Source: Candidatus Saccharimonadota bacterium
GTDB lineage: Bacteria > Patescibacteriota > Saccharimonadia > Saccharimonadales > UBA4665
Assembly (NCBI GenBank): GCA_016699955.1
Contig: CP064993.1
Span: 510,001 to 542,000, forward strand
Direction: 5' to 3'
DNA length: 32,000 bases
The position numbers and the translations under genes are program-made. Of the stretch, positions 1 through 7,912 are shown piece after piece; within the stretch, counting starts at the first letter, position 1; each line of letters opens with the position of its first letter. The notes beneath the pieces were generated by a model. That model did not search any database. It worked only from the letters and a program-made list of their open reading frames with translations, and was not told the origin of the DNA.

Positions 1-1828
1 GAACGGCGTAGCCACCGGTGACGACATAGTTGGCGTCAATCGGCGATGGGTTTGAAGTGCCTGAACTTTTCGGGTTGATTTCGGTGCCATTTGGGTTGAG
101 TGAGGTAGCGCTGACCATAGCGGCATGCGTCGAATAGACGATAGGTGTTGAGCTGCCGACAGATGTCGGCGGGAATATATACGGGTAGGGATAGGTAGTG
201 CTCGGCGCAGTCGCCCAGTGAAATACGTTGCCGTCCATGACAGTGCCGTAGGCGGCTAGCAGCTGATTTGTGCCACCGGACTGAATCTGTTGGTCATCGA
301 TACAAAACATAGCGTACGCGTTTGACGGTGTGCCAACCACGACGTTGTTATGGATAGTAACGTTGTTGATCTGCCATGTCATATAGCTGCTATACATAGC
401 GTGCCCGAGCGGGTAACGACCGTCTAGACCGTAACTCGTGTTGGCGGGTCGTCGGCTTTCCTGGTAGACCGCCAGAGGGCGACGATCGCCGTTACCATGG
501 TTGGACGTGTCGGGGTTGAGCCGCTGAGAGAGGCTACCGCAGCGCACGATTGTGTTGTTCCATACTTCCATGTTGTCTGTGTTGTTGACCTTGATCGCCT
601 CGGCCGGGTTGTCGACAAACAGGTTGTTGGTGCAGATTCCGGTGCCACTGATTTCAAAGAACGCATCAGTGTCTTTGTTGCGTAAGAAATCGTTGCCGTA
701 GACTTCCATGTCGTAGACCGACATGTCGAACCAAACAACTTTGCATTTGTTGTCGCGGAAGATACTGTTTCGGACGGTGACGTGTTGGGACTGTGTGACC
801 TTAATCACCCCTGAGTCAGGCGATGAGTTGAAGTTTTCGGTGTTGGTGTACTCGATCAAAATATTGTCGAACAACAAATTGTCTGATCGGTAGCCGCCCG
901 AAGCTCGGTAGCCTGCGCGTCGGATTGTCACGTTTCGGATGGTGTTGCCATGGCACTGGTTTGAGGTTAGTGCTGCGGTCGCGATATCTTCCATGACAAT
1001 GTTTTCAGCCAGACAGTTAGTTGTGTTGTTATTGCCGTCAAAGCGCAGCACTGAATACTGCGGCAGGGAATTGCCATATCGACGAATGCCAAAACCACGG
1101 ATTGTCAGGCCGGTATAGCCAGTACCAAGGTTTAAAAAGATGTGCATATCGGTCACATTGACTGTTTTGCCGGCCGGATTTGTCCCGATGTAAAGTGTGG
1201 ACGGCGTGAAAATCATGTTGCTAGTTGTACCCTGCACATAGAAAGTACCGGCTACGCACGCTCCCAATGATCCGACTTGCGTCAGCGCGACACCATCTAC
1301 GAACACCTGCTCAGGGAATGGCGCCTGCGGATAATTGGCGTTGATCCATTGCCAACCTGGGGTTGAGCCGTCCGCAGCACCACTCGTGCTGGTGGGGCTA
1401 TGGTCAAATACTTTTGTCCATGGGATAGACCAAGTTGCACCGCTCTGCGACCAACCAGTTTGGACGCTCGAACCATCAAACCAAACCGCTTCACCGGGGT
1501 AGTTTTGAATCGTCAAGTTGTTTCTGTTCACCTCGATGCCGATAGCCGAAGTGTGATTTGAGCCGCCTTCATGGTACGTACCGGCTCGTAATACGATGGT
1601 TTTTCCGCTGGTTGCCGCAGTAATGGCTCGCACGAGTGTGCGGTACGGCGCGCCGATCGTACCTACGCCGGTCGTATCGTTGCCACCCGTCGCAACATAA
1701 ATAGCATCACCAGGTACAGCGTAACTGGCCGCACCGACCGCCACCGAGCCAGCGTTAGCCGTTGGATTTGTGCCGGTTGCCGTAGTTCTAGGACCTACTT
1801 TTTGTAGTCTTCGTGCCGAAATGCTCAT
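1..1828 (-). CDS. right-handed parallel beta-helix (pectate-lyase fold) protein; 3' end lies beyond the window edge
   Basis: Absent from the ORF track because it has no in-window stop. Hand translation from the ATG (complement of 1826-1828) stays open for about 609 codons: MSISARRLQKVGPRTT...YAVPGDAIYVATGGNDTTGVGTIGAPYRTLVRAITAATSGKTIVLRAGTYHE (DUF1565-like N-cap). Repeated Asn/Asp-rich coils follow (GNTIRNVTIRR, VTVRNSIFRDN, MEVYGNDFLRN, MEVWNNTIVRC, VTIHNNVVVG). The track ORFs 424..738 and 1297..1494 are in other frames. Confidence 0.7.
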   Translation of the reverse strand, partial: MSISARRLQKVGPRTTATGTNPTANAGSVAVGAASYAVPGDAIYVATGGNDTTGVGTIGAPYRTLVRAITAATSGKTIVLRAGTYHEGGSNHTSAIGIEVNRNNLTIQNYPGEAVWFDGSSVQTGWSQSGATWSIPWTKVFDHSPTSTSGAADGSTPGWQWINANYPQAPFPEQVFVDGVALTQVGSLGACVAGTFYVQGTTSNMIFTPSTLYIGTNPAGKTVNVTDMHIFLNLGTGYTGLTIRGFGIRRYGNSLPQYSVLRFDGNNNTTNCLAENIVMEDIATAALTSNQCHGNTIRNVTIRRAGYRASGGYRSDNLLFDNILIEYTNTENFNSSPDSGVIKVTQSQHVTVRNSIFRDNKCKVVWFDMSVYDMEVYGNDFLRNKDTDAFFEISGTGICTNNLFVDNPAEAIKVNNTDNMEVWNNTIVRCGSLSQRLNPDTSNHGNGDRRPLAVYQESRRPANTSYGLDGRYPLGHAMYSSYMTWQINNVTIHNNVVVGTPSNAYAMFCIDDQQIQSGGTNQLLAAYGTVMDGNVFHWATAPSTTYPYPYIFPPTSVGSSTPIVYSTHAAMVSATSLNPNGTEINPKSSGTSNPSPIDANYVVTGGYAV

Positions 1829-1878
1829 AATTTTATTATACAGCACACCAAGTGCGTGCTAATCCAACAAGACGGTCT

Positions 1879-2763
1879 CTACCCTAGCCAGCCCTGGGCA
1901 ACAATTGTGTCGCCTACCAGAACCGCAACCGCAGCATAGCCCGCTCCATTCAGGTGACCTGTATCGGACCGTAAACTTATAGGGATAACACCATCTGCTT
2001 GATCGGATAAATCGGTAGCATTTGGCGTTACGCCTGAGTCAACCCAAACCTGAGCGGACTTCAGGTAAGCATAGACGTCGACATAACGATCGCCGTATAT
2101 GCTTGCTAACCGTGCGTTTTCAGCGTCCATCCGCGTCCGGGCAGAGGTGCCGACGGGCATTGTGCTATTTGCAAAATGTCCCATTACCAAATACTGTGTT
2201 CGAGGTAATAGATATGCCACCGTAGCATCAACCGATTCGGCGCAAATTGCCATGTTGCCAGTGCCACTGGTGATGTCGTTTTTTCCCGACCATATGATTG
2301 TCCCGTCTGCACGGCGCTGGCTACCCTGAGTGGGTATAAATGGTGTATCATTTGGTACACTCGTGACGCTACCGCTTGCTGAACGGGTAAACTGGTAAGT
2401 CGTGAGGTCGCCCGAAGACGCCAGTGTACCACTTACTCCCTGTAAACTGCCCGCTGCTGAGAAAGATAGTATGTGCATAGTCGGCGTCGTAGCGGCAATT
2501 GTTCCGGAGGCTGGAATAGAGCCACCACTCAAACTAAGGAGAGCTGGTCGCCCACCTTGACGAGCGGCAACGTGTGTCGACCACTGACCGCCAACACCTC
2601 CATTGTACATCGGTATACCAAATCGAGCCTGTAGCTCGCTGCCAACACTAACACCGCCCCCACCATAACCCTGTGCAGACGAGGAACCCCAAATCGCAAA
2701 CTCAGTCGGGATGTTGTATCGTCCCGCAGACCCAAGAAACATGCGTCTTGTAAAACCACTCAT
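1879..2763 (-). CDS. SGNH/GDSL-family hydrolase (esterase) with an inserted Ser/Thr/Gly-rich segment
   Basis: SGNH blocks are present: I = IWGSSSAQG, II = GGVGGQ, III = WSGKNDI, V = DTGHLN. The track ORF starts at GTG 2781. ATG 2763 (MSGFTRR...) is preferred because a TATAAT box lies 9 nt upstream of it. A 50-nt gap separates it from the beta-helix gene on the same strand, so the two are probably co-transcribed. Confidence 0.7.
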   Translation of the reverse strand: MSGFTRRMFLGSAGRYNIPTEFAIWGSSSAQGYGGGGVSVGSELQARFGIPMYNGGVGGQWSTHVAARQGGRPALLSLSGGSIPASGTIAATTPTMHILSFSAAGSLQGVSGTLASSGDLTTYQFTRSASGSVTSVPNDTPFIPTQGSQRRADGTIIWSGKNDITSGTGNMAICAESVDATVAYLLPRTQYLVMGHFANSTMPVGTSARTRMDAENARLASIYGDRYVDVYAYLKSAQVWVDSGVTPNATDLSDQADGVIPISLRSDTGHLNGAGYAAVAVLVGDTIVAQGWLG

Positions 2764-2772
2764 TGACCTATT

Positions 2773-2780
2773 ATTATACA
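2773..2780 (-). promoter_or_regulatory. -10 box (TG-TATAAT) 9 nt upstream of the SGNH ATG; leaderless-type promoter
   Basis: The minus strand reads GTGTATAATAATAGGTCAATG. Confidence 0.45.
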
Positions 2781-2785
2781 CGTCC

Positions 2786-2869
2786 GTTGTCGAGCGTTTT
2801 ATTGGCAGCCCAGAACGGGAGTGTATCCGTTGAAGCGGCGTTGCCAGCGACCTGGTTGACCAGCGAGAG
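2786..2869 (+). pseudogene. remnant of an older rve/DDE transposase gene, upstream piece, interrupted by the IS at 2870
   Basis: Plus-strand translation gives VVERFIGSPERECIR*SGVASDLVDQRE. ERF..S..REC resembles the conserved (G)K.ERF..TLK.E motif of IS481/IS3 integrases. There is an in-frame stop. The reading continues after the IS at 3924. Confidence 0.5.
2855..2869. repeat. 15-bp direct repeat GTTGACCAGCGAGAG (left copy), candidate target-site duplication
   Basis: An identical 15-mer occurs at 3924-3938. The two copies abut the ends of the IS. Confidence 0.7.
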
Positions 2870-2876
2870 GGTCCAC

Positions 2877-3410
2877 CTACCGAACATCTAGCACACTAGT
2901 ATCCACCGTCGCCTGCTCGTAACCCTTCAAGCTTTGCAGGTATTCAATCGGTGTCATCATGTCTAGCATACTATGCGGTCGGTAAAAGTTGTAGTCGAGA
3001 CAATCTTCGTTACAAAACTCTCTTAATTCGACAAGTGTGTGCGAATTCGTTGTTAGCCGTTTGTATCTATCCTTGTCTACTCCGTGCGGTCGCTCGACTC
3101 GACCGTTGAGATGTGGCGATGACGGCGGGATGCGGAGGTGCTCAATCCCATGTTCTCTGAGCCACCGGACAGTCGGGCACTCTGTTTCCGGTCTCACTTG
3201 CGGCAAATGGTCGTAGGTGAACTCTGTGCCATTGTCGGTCTGAATCCCTTTGAACCTGAAAGCTGGGTCAAAGAACCTGACCGCATGCTCAAGAAAATCT
3301 ACCGTTGTCGCAGGGTCGCATCCAGGATAGATCCGTTTGTATTTTATCCTCGTAGCACAGTCGACGATGTCATACTGGTAGCCTTTGCGCTTCCAATGTT
3401 TGACATCCAT
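2877..3410 (-). CDS. transposase catalytic part (rve/DDE), -1 frame relative to 3344..3868
   Basis: This frame is open upstream of the listed Met: ...TRQLSDREYYPGEVGQMDVKHW (the PGE..h.DVK motif with the first D), IQTDNGTEF (second D), NGRVERPHG (E), and the C-terminal YNFYRPHSML..TP. Confidence 0.8.
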   Translation of the reverse strand: MDVKHWKRKGYQYDIVDCATRIKYKRIYPGCDPATTVDFLEHAVRFFDPAFRFKGIQTDNGTEFTYDHLPQVRPETECPTVRWLREHGIEHLRIPPSSPHLNGRVERPHGVDKDRYKRLTTNSHTLVELREFCNEDCLDYNFYRPHSMLDMMTPIEYLQSLKGYEQATVDTSVLDVR

Positions 3411-3868
3411 CTGTCCGACTTCGCCCGGGTAATACTCACGGTCACTGAGCTGGCGGGTTTTGCGTACCTTCTTTTGCGCTCTTCTAGTAACTTTGCTCGG
3501 CTCAGGATGTTGTGGACACCGTGCACAGATGTGGCGACGCCGTAATCCCGCCTGAGGACATGCGCAAGAGCATTTTCGCCGTAACCAAGACCAAGGCGAA
3601 GCTGCACGACGAGACTCACTACCTCGTCATCGGCGTCATTAGTGTGGCTCTTTGGCGTACGAGGCATATCGTACAGGCTCGTCAGGGCTTTGCCCTGACT
3701 CACCCAGCGACTATGCCAGTAGTAATATGTTCGTCGAGGAATGCCGTAGAACCGGCAGGCTGCCGCAACATTCCCGAGTTCTTCGGCTTTACGAAACCAC
3801 CCTAAACGAATCCGTGCTCCATACACGAGCAATTGTTTCTCTGTCATCTTGCGGTATCTCACTTTCAC
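3344..3868 (-). CDS. transposase N-terminal part (HTH), frame 0
   Basis: The sequence ...AAACRFYGIPRRTYYYWHSRWVSQGKALTSLYDMPRTPKSH... has the typical IS481/IS3 HTH and YxW pattern. Confidence 0.75.
   Translation of the reverse strand: MKVRYRKMTEKQLLVYGARIRLGWFRKAEELGNVAAACRFYGIPRRTYYYWHSRWVSQGKALTSLYDMPRTPKSHTNDADDEVVSLVVQLRLGLGYGENALAHVLRRDYGVATSVHGVHNILSRAKLLEERKRRYAKPASSVTVSITRAKSDRWMSNIGSAKATSMTSSTVLRG
3455..3463 (-). other. candidate -1 frameshift site (GC-AAAA-CCC on the minus strand)
   Basis: This A4 run lies in the overlap of the two transposase frames. A slip on A-AAA gives RRYAK|TRQLSDREYYPGE, a natural fusion of about 330 aa. A single A insertion would fuse the frames equally well. 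Confidence 0.35.
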
Positions 3869-3923
3869 TCCTTTCTACTTTAGTGAGGTGATGAAAGTGT
3901 GCAAGATGTATGGGAGGTTAATA

Positions 3924-3938
3924 GTTGACCAGCGAGAG
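3924..3938. repeat. 15-bp direct repeat GTTGACCAGCGAGAG (right copy)
   Basis: Identical to 2855-2869. Confidence 0.7.
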
Positions 3939-4055
3939 ATTATTGACCAGTGGCTCACCAAATGCCACAACTACCGTCCGCACCAAGCACTCGGCTATTT
4001 GACACCCGATGAATACCAGGCCAAACTGGAGACAGAAGCGTCCTCGAAGTATTGA
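3924..4055 (+). pseudogene. remnant of the older transposase gene, 3' piece
   Basis: VDQREIIDQWLTKCHNYRPHQALGYLTPDEYQAKLETEASSKY* matches the canonical integrase-family C-terminus (W...YN..RPH.ALG..TP). The track ORF 3849..4055 is a chimera of IS-end sequence and this remnant. Confidence 0.6.
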
Positions 4056-4168
4056 ACCTCCACAGAGTGTTGCATAAGAGGTGGTCTTCTGATACAATTG
4101 CATGTAACGCCATCAGTAATCTCTTGAGTAATAGTTTTGGAACAATAAGGAAGGACGTACTAGCGAGT

Positions 4169-4435
4169 ATGATAGCAGCGGAGAAAAAAGACAAAATTGT
4201 AAATGATTTACAAGCCAGTAAGGCAGACACCGGTAGCTCGGCTGTACAAGTCGGTATATTTACTGAGCGTATCAAGGAGCTTACCGAGCACCTGAAGGTC
4301 AACAAGAAAGATTTTGCAGCTCGTCGCGGGCTGTTGCAGCTCGTCGGCAAACGCAAGCGGTTGTTGCAGTATATTGCAGCACAAGACGGTCAAGCGTACC
4401 TTAACCTTATAAAGAAACTCGGCATTCGCCGCTAG
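4169..4435 (+). CDS. rpsO: 30S ribosomal protein S15
   Basis: MIAAEKKDKIVNDLQASKADTGSSAVQVGIFTERIKELTEHLKVNKKDFAARRGLLQLVGKRKRLLQYI... A Shine-Dalgarno AAGGAAGGA sits at 4147-4155. The track ORF start at 4052 is an upstream extension. Confidence 0.92.
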   Translation: MIAAEKKDKIVNDLQASKADTGSSAVQVGIFTERIKELTEHLKVNKKDFAARRGLLQLVGKRKRLLQYIAAQDGQAYLNLIKKLGIRR

Positions 4436-4453
4436 GGCTCATGCCCTATTTTT
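4433..4453 (+). terminator. rho-independent terminator or attenuator after rpsO
   Basis: The stem TAGGGC/GCCCTA (4433-4438 / 4443-4448) has loop TCAT and is followed by T5. The rpsO stop codon lies in the stem. Confidence 0.65.
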
Positions 4454-4723
4454 CGCACATTTCGTTGTTAGTAGTTCCAGCTCTCGCTCACCGTACTACA
4501 ATACGGCTCGCTCTGAGCTTCACTGCTGCTCGGTAAGTGTACGGAAACTAGGGCATCACCAAATTTTGCTCCGGACATTGGAATGTACAGTGGTAAATTC
4601 CAACATCTAGAACCAAAATTCTAGCTACATTAACTATCGGTGGGTGATAAAGAGCAGGTTTCCACTTTGTATCTCAAAGAGTGGATGCTTGAACCTTGTT
4701 GCTCACCAGAAGGAGGTTCATAA
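4454..4723 (+). promoter_or_regulatory. long structured pnp 5' leader
   Basis: Several hairpins are visible: TTGGAAT..ATTCCAA, CTAGAA..TTCTAG, CCACTTTG..CAAAGAGTGG. A strong Shine-Dalgarno GAAGGAGG lies at 4709-4716. Confidence 0.3.
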
Positions 4724-6871
4724 ATGAGCCAAATCACGACAAAAACCATAAACCCTTACGGCAAAGATCTTGTTGTCGTCGAGACTGAGTTTTGTGGCCG
4801 AACACTGACACTAGAAGTTAACCGCGTTGGTTTTCGTACGACGGCGAGTGTGCTTGTACGCTACGGAGACACGGTTGTGCTTGGGACGACTATGCTTGGC
4901 AAGCCCATACAGGGCATGGACTATTTTCCGTTAAGTATTGATTATGAAGAAAAATTCTACGCAGCCGGCAAAATCAGTGGTTCGCGGTTCGTAAAGCGCG
5001 AAGGTCGCCCAAGTGACGATGCTATCCTGATTGGTCGTCTCATAGACAGACCAATCCGTCCGCTGTTCCCGAAAGGCTATCGTAACGAAGTTCAGGGTGT
5101 GGCCAGCGTACTTAGTATGGATCCGGCATTTCGCCCAGACATGGTTGCTATGATCGCCATGAGTGCGGCACTTATGCTTACGGGAGCACCGTTTGATGGT
5201 CCAGTGGCCGGTGTGCGCGTTGGCATGACAGATAGTGGTGAGTTCAAAGCCTTTATGAGCGCTGAAGAACTAAATGCAAGTAAACTTGACCTCGTTGTGG
5301 CTGCCCGTGAAGGCGGAGTCATGATGGTAGAAGCTGGTGCCAATGAAGCAACCGAAGAAGAAGTAGTAGCAGCGCTCAAGTTTGCCGAGGAAGCTATACA
5401 GCCTGCACTCGCCGTTCAGGCAGAGCTTGCTAAGAAGGTCGGAGTGAAACCCGCCGAATATGAATTGATCCTCCCAGATGAAAAAGTCCAAGCAGCCGTT
5501 GACGCATGGGTATCCGACAAGCTCGGTGAGGGTTTGCGCCTGCCATACCCAGAACGCAATGAAATGATTGGAGTTTTGAAAGAGCAGTTTCACATTGCTT
5601 TTGCTAAGGAACTGGGCGAACAAGAGTACACCGTAGTACGTACTGAGTATGACGAAGCATTTCAAATGGCACTGCATAAGGATGTGAGGGCTGGCATTGT
5701 CAAAGACGGGACTCGTCCTGATGGCCGCAAACTGACCGATATTCGTCCGCTTAGCTCAGAGGTTGGTTTATTACCTCGGGCGCATGGCTCGAGCATATTT
5801 ACCCGCGGTATGACTCAGGGGATGAACATTGTCACGCTCGCGCCGCTTTCATATGCGCAGTTTGTCGACACCATGGAAAAGAACGAAGAGCGCCGCTACA
5901 TGCACCACTACAACGCGCCGGGCTATACGGTTGGCGAAGTGCGCCGTTTGGGTTCACCGGGTCGCCGCGAAATTGGCCATGGGTATCTCGCAGAGCGCGC
6001 CTTGACTGCGGTACTGCCTTCTGAAGCAGATTTTCCGTATGCTATTCGTTCGGTAACCGAGATTATGAGCCAAAACGGTTCAACTAGTATGGCCGCAACC
6101 TGCTCAAGCTGTCTTGCGCTCATGGACGCAGGCGTACCTCTGAAAGCACCCGTATCGGGTATTGCCATGGGACTCATGGTAGACGGTGACAAGACGTACA
6201 TACTAAGCGACATTGCCGACGCCGAGGACTTTGCGGGCGACATGGACTTTAAGGTGGCCGGCACCGCAGTGGGTATTACTGCGCTTCAAATGGACATGAA
6301 AGTACACGGACTGCCTATTGCGGTGCTTGCAAAGGCACTTGCACAGGGCAAAGAGGGCCGAGCCCACATACTTGAACACATGATAACAACTATGCCGGAG
6401 CCTCGCGCCGAACTTAGCCCGTATGCACCGCGCGTAGAGAGTATTACCATTAACCCAGATAAAATTCGTGAAATCATTGGCAAGGGTGGCGAAACCATCC
6501 AGAAAATAACCGCCGAAACAGGTACCGAAATTGACATTAAAGACGACGGTACCATAATGATTGCGAGTCCAGACGGCGCGGCCATTCAGAAGGCAAAAGA
6601 CTGGATTGCTAGCATTGTTGAAGACCCAGAAGTCGGCAAAATATATGTCGACAAGCCAGTCGTATCTGTCCTAGACTTTGGTGCATTCGTACAAATTATG
6701 CCAGGCAAAGATGGCTTAGTACACGTCAGTGAAATGAGCGAAGAACGCGTAAACAAGCCAAGCGATGTCGTCAAAGAAGGCGACCTCGTCACGGTAAAAC
6801 TAGTGGCCATAGATGACCGTGGCCGCTTGCAACTGAGCATGAAAGCAGCCGCCCGCGAACTCAGCAAATAA
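4724..6871 (+). CDS. pnp: polyribonucleotide nucleotidyltransferase (PNPase)
   Basis: 715 aa with two RNase PH-like domains, then KH (IGKGGETIQKI) and S1 (GAFVQIMPGKDGLVHVSE) domains. Confidence 0.97.
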   Translation: MSQITTKTINPYGKDLVVVETEFCGRTLTLEVNRVGFRTTASVLVRYGDTVVLGTTMLGKPIQGMDYFPLSIDYEEKFYAAGKISGSRFVKREGRPSDDAILIGRLIDRPIRPLFPKGYRNEVQGVASVLSMDPAFRPDMVAMIAMSAALMLTGAPFDGPVAGVRVGMTDSGEFKAFMSAEELNASKLDLVVAAREGGVMMVEAGANEATEEEVVAALKFAEEAIQPALAVQAELAKKVGVKPAEYELILPDEKVQAAVDAWVSDKLGEGLRLPYPERNEMIGVLKEQFHIAFAKELGEQEYTVVRTEYDEAFQMALHKDVRAGIVKDGTRPDGRKLTDIRPLSSEVGLLPRAHGSSIFTRGMTQGMNIVTLAPLSYAQFVDTMEKNEERRYMHHYNAPGYTVGEVRRLGSPGRREIGHGYLAERALTAVLPSEADFPYAIRSVTEIMSQNGSTSMAATCSSCLALMDAGVPLKAPVSGIAMGLMVDGDKTYILSDIADAEDFAGDMDFKVAGTAVGITALQMDMKVHGLPIAVLAKALAQGKEGRAHILEHMITTMPEPRAELSPYAPRVESITINPDKIREIIGKGGETIQKITAETGTEIDIKDDGTIMIASPDGAAIQKAKDWIASIVEDPEVGKIYVDKPVVSVLDFGAFVQIMPGKDGLVHVSEMSEERVNKPSDVVKEGDLVTVKLVAIDDRGRLQLSMKAAARELSK

Positions 6872-6885
6872 GAAGCAGAGAGCCC

Positions 6886-7284
6886 ATGACCATTCCATTA
6901 AAATCAGAGTCAGACCAAAGTAGTTTTTTTGAAAGTCGGTTGAATAAAGCGATGAAGCTTAACAGCCCTTTCTATGCATCGCTATCTGAAAATCAGAAGG
7001 TAGCGTACCTGCGGCAATATAAACTGCAGGTAATTGCCTTCGGCGTCGTTATGGTGGTCATTGTTCTTGGGCTTTTGTTTGGATTCCAAACTAAGCTAAT
7101 CACTGGATTCGCAGTTCTATCGATCCTAGCTTTAAGTGCGTCCGCGCTCATGCACAAACAAACCTACTGGCAATTGTTTGTGCATGAGCGACGTAGTAAC
7201 CGCGAAAAAAGCGCCACACACCGGGAAGAGCTAGAGAGTTTCGCAAAACAACTCCAGAAAGAACACTCTTATGACCGACAGTAA
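6886..7284 (+). CDS. small membrane protein, two predicted TM helices, unknown function
   Basis: Contains the hydrophobic stretches VIAFGVVMVVIVLGLLFGF and ITGFAVLSILALSASALM. It is tightly packed between pnp and the UDG gene. Confidence 0.5.
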   Translation: MTIPLKSESDQSSFFESRLNKAMKLNSPFYASLSENQKVAYLRQYKLQVIAFGVVMVVIVLGLLFGFQTKLITGFAVLSILALSASALMHKQTYWQLFVHERRSNREKSATHREELESFAKQLQKEHSYDRQ

Positions 7285-7912
7285 AACACAACTTAGACTT
7301 GATGAACTAAAAAATCGAATACAGGCATCTGACGTTACCCCTGAGCTCAAAAACCAAGCTACCCAGCTGGTTTTTGGGGCGGGTAACCCTAGCGCCGATG
7401 TTGTGTTTATCGGTGAGGCTCCGGGTAAAAAAGAAGACCTCACTGGCGAACCATTCGTCGGCGCTGCCGGCAAATTCTTAAACGAAATGCTTGGTAGCAT
7501 TGGCATGAAAAGGGAAGATGTATTCATTACCAACATAGTGAAATATCGCCCGCCCAACAACAGAGATCCGTTGCCAGAAGAAAAAAAGGCTTTCCTGCCG
7601 TATTTGCAGGAGCAGCTAGAGATTATTCAACCAAAAATTGTGGTGACACTGGGGCGACACAGTGGCGGGTGCTTTCTCCCAGATTTGCACATAAGTAACG
7701 ACCACGGTCAGCCCAAACGGCTTAAGCTACAGTTCCATGATGACAAGACAAAGAGTTTTGCCGTCGTGGTACTGCCGCTCTATCACCCGGCTGCGGCACT
7801 ATACAATGGGAGCATGCGTAAAGTCCTCGTGGAGGATTTTAGCCTCATCCCAACTATTTTAGAAAAATTAACTCTCAAACAAACTAAGAAAGGGAGAAAC
7901 AATGGAAAATAA
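7271..7912 (+). CDS. uracil-DNA glycosylase superfamily protein (family 4-like)
   Basis: Motifs GEAPGKKEDLTGEPFVGAAGKFLNEML, NIVKYRPPNNRDP and LYHPAAALY are present. I saw no N-terminal Cys cluster. Confidence 0.8.
   Translation: MTDSKTQLRLDELKNRIQASDVTPELKNQATQLVFGAGNPSADVVFIGEAPGKKEDLTGEPFVGAAGKFLNEMLGSIGMKREDVFITNIVKYRPPNNRDPLPEEKKAFLPYLQEQLEIIQPKIVVTLGRHSGGCFLPDLHISNDHGQPKRLKLQFHDDKTKSFAVVVLPLYHPAAALYNGSMRKVLVEDFSLIPTILEKLTLKQTKKGRNNGK

Larger units (their letters stand above)
2870..3923 (-). mobile_element. IS element of about 1054 bp, IS481/IS3-superfamily (rve DDE transposase)
   Basis: Imperfect terminal inverted repeats: 2870-2896 GGTCCACCTACCGAACATCTAGCACAC against the reverse complement of 3897-3923, TATTAACCTCCCATACATCTTGCACAC. 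The inner 22 nt match at 18 positions. The element is flanked by a 15-bp direct repeat and carries HTH and DDE ORFs. The DDE ORF stop lies inside the left IR. Confidence 0.8.

Noticed and set aside
2740-2763. A twin-arginine (Tat) signal in the SGNH protein (FTRRMFLGSAG).
   Set aside because: The RR-x-FL motif is present, but the hydrophobic core is only about 6 residues and there is no AxA site. This is insufficient for a Tat or Sec signal.
3849-4055. A 68-aa ORF (MRYLTFTPFYFSEV...) as a possible real small gene.
   Set aside because: Its first 25 codons read through the IS terminal repeat. The rest is the C-terminus of an older, interrupted transposase, so it is a chimeric artefact.
4052-4168. 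An N-terminal 39-aa extension of S15 (the track ORF starts at 4052).
   Set aside because: S15 is about 88 aa. ATG 4169 is preceded by AAGGAAGGA at the correct spacing, and the extension has no S15 similarity.
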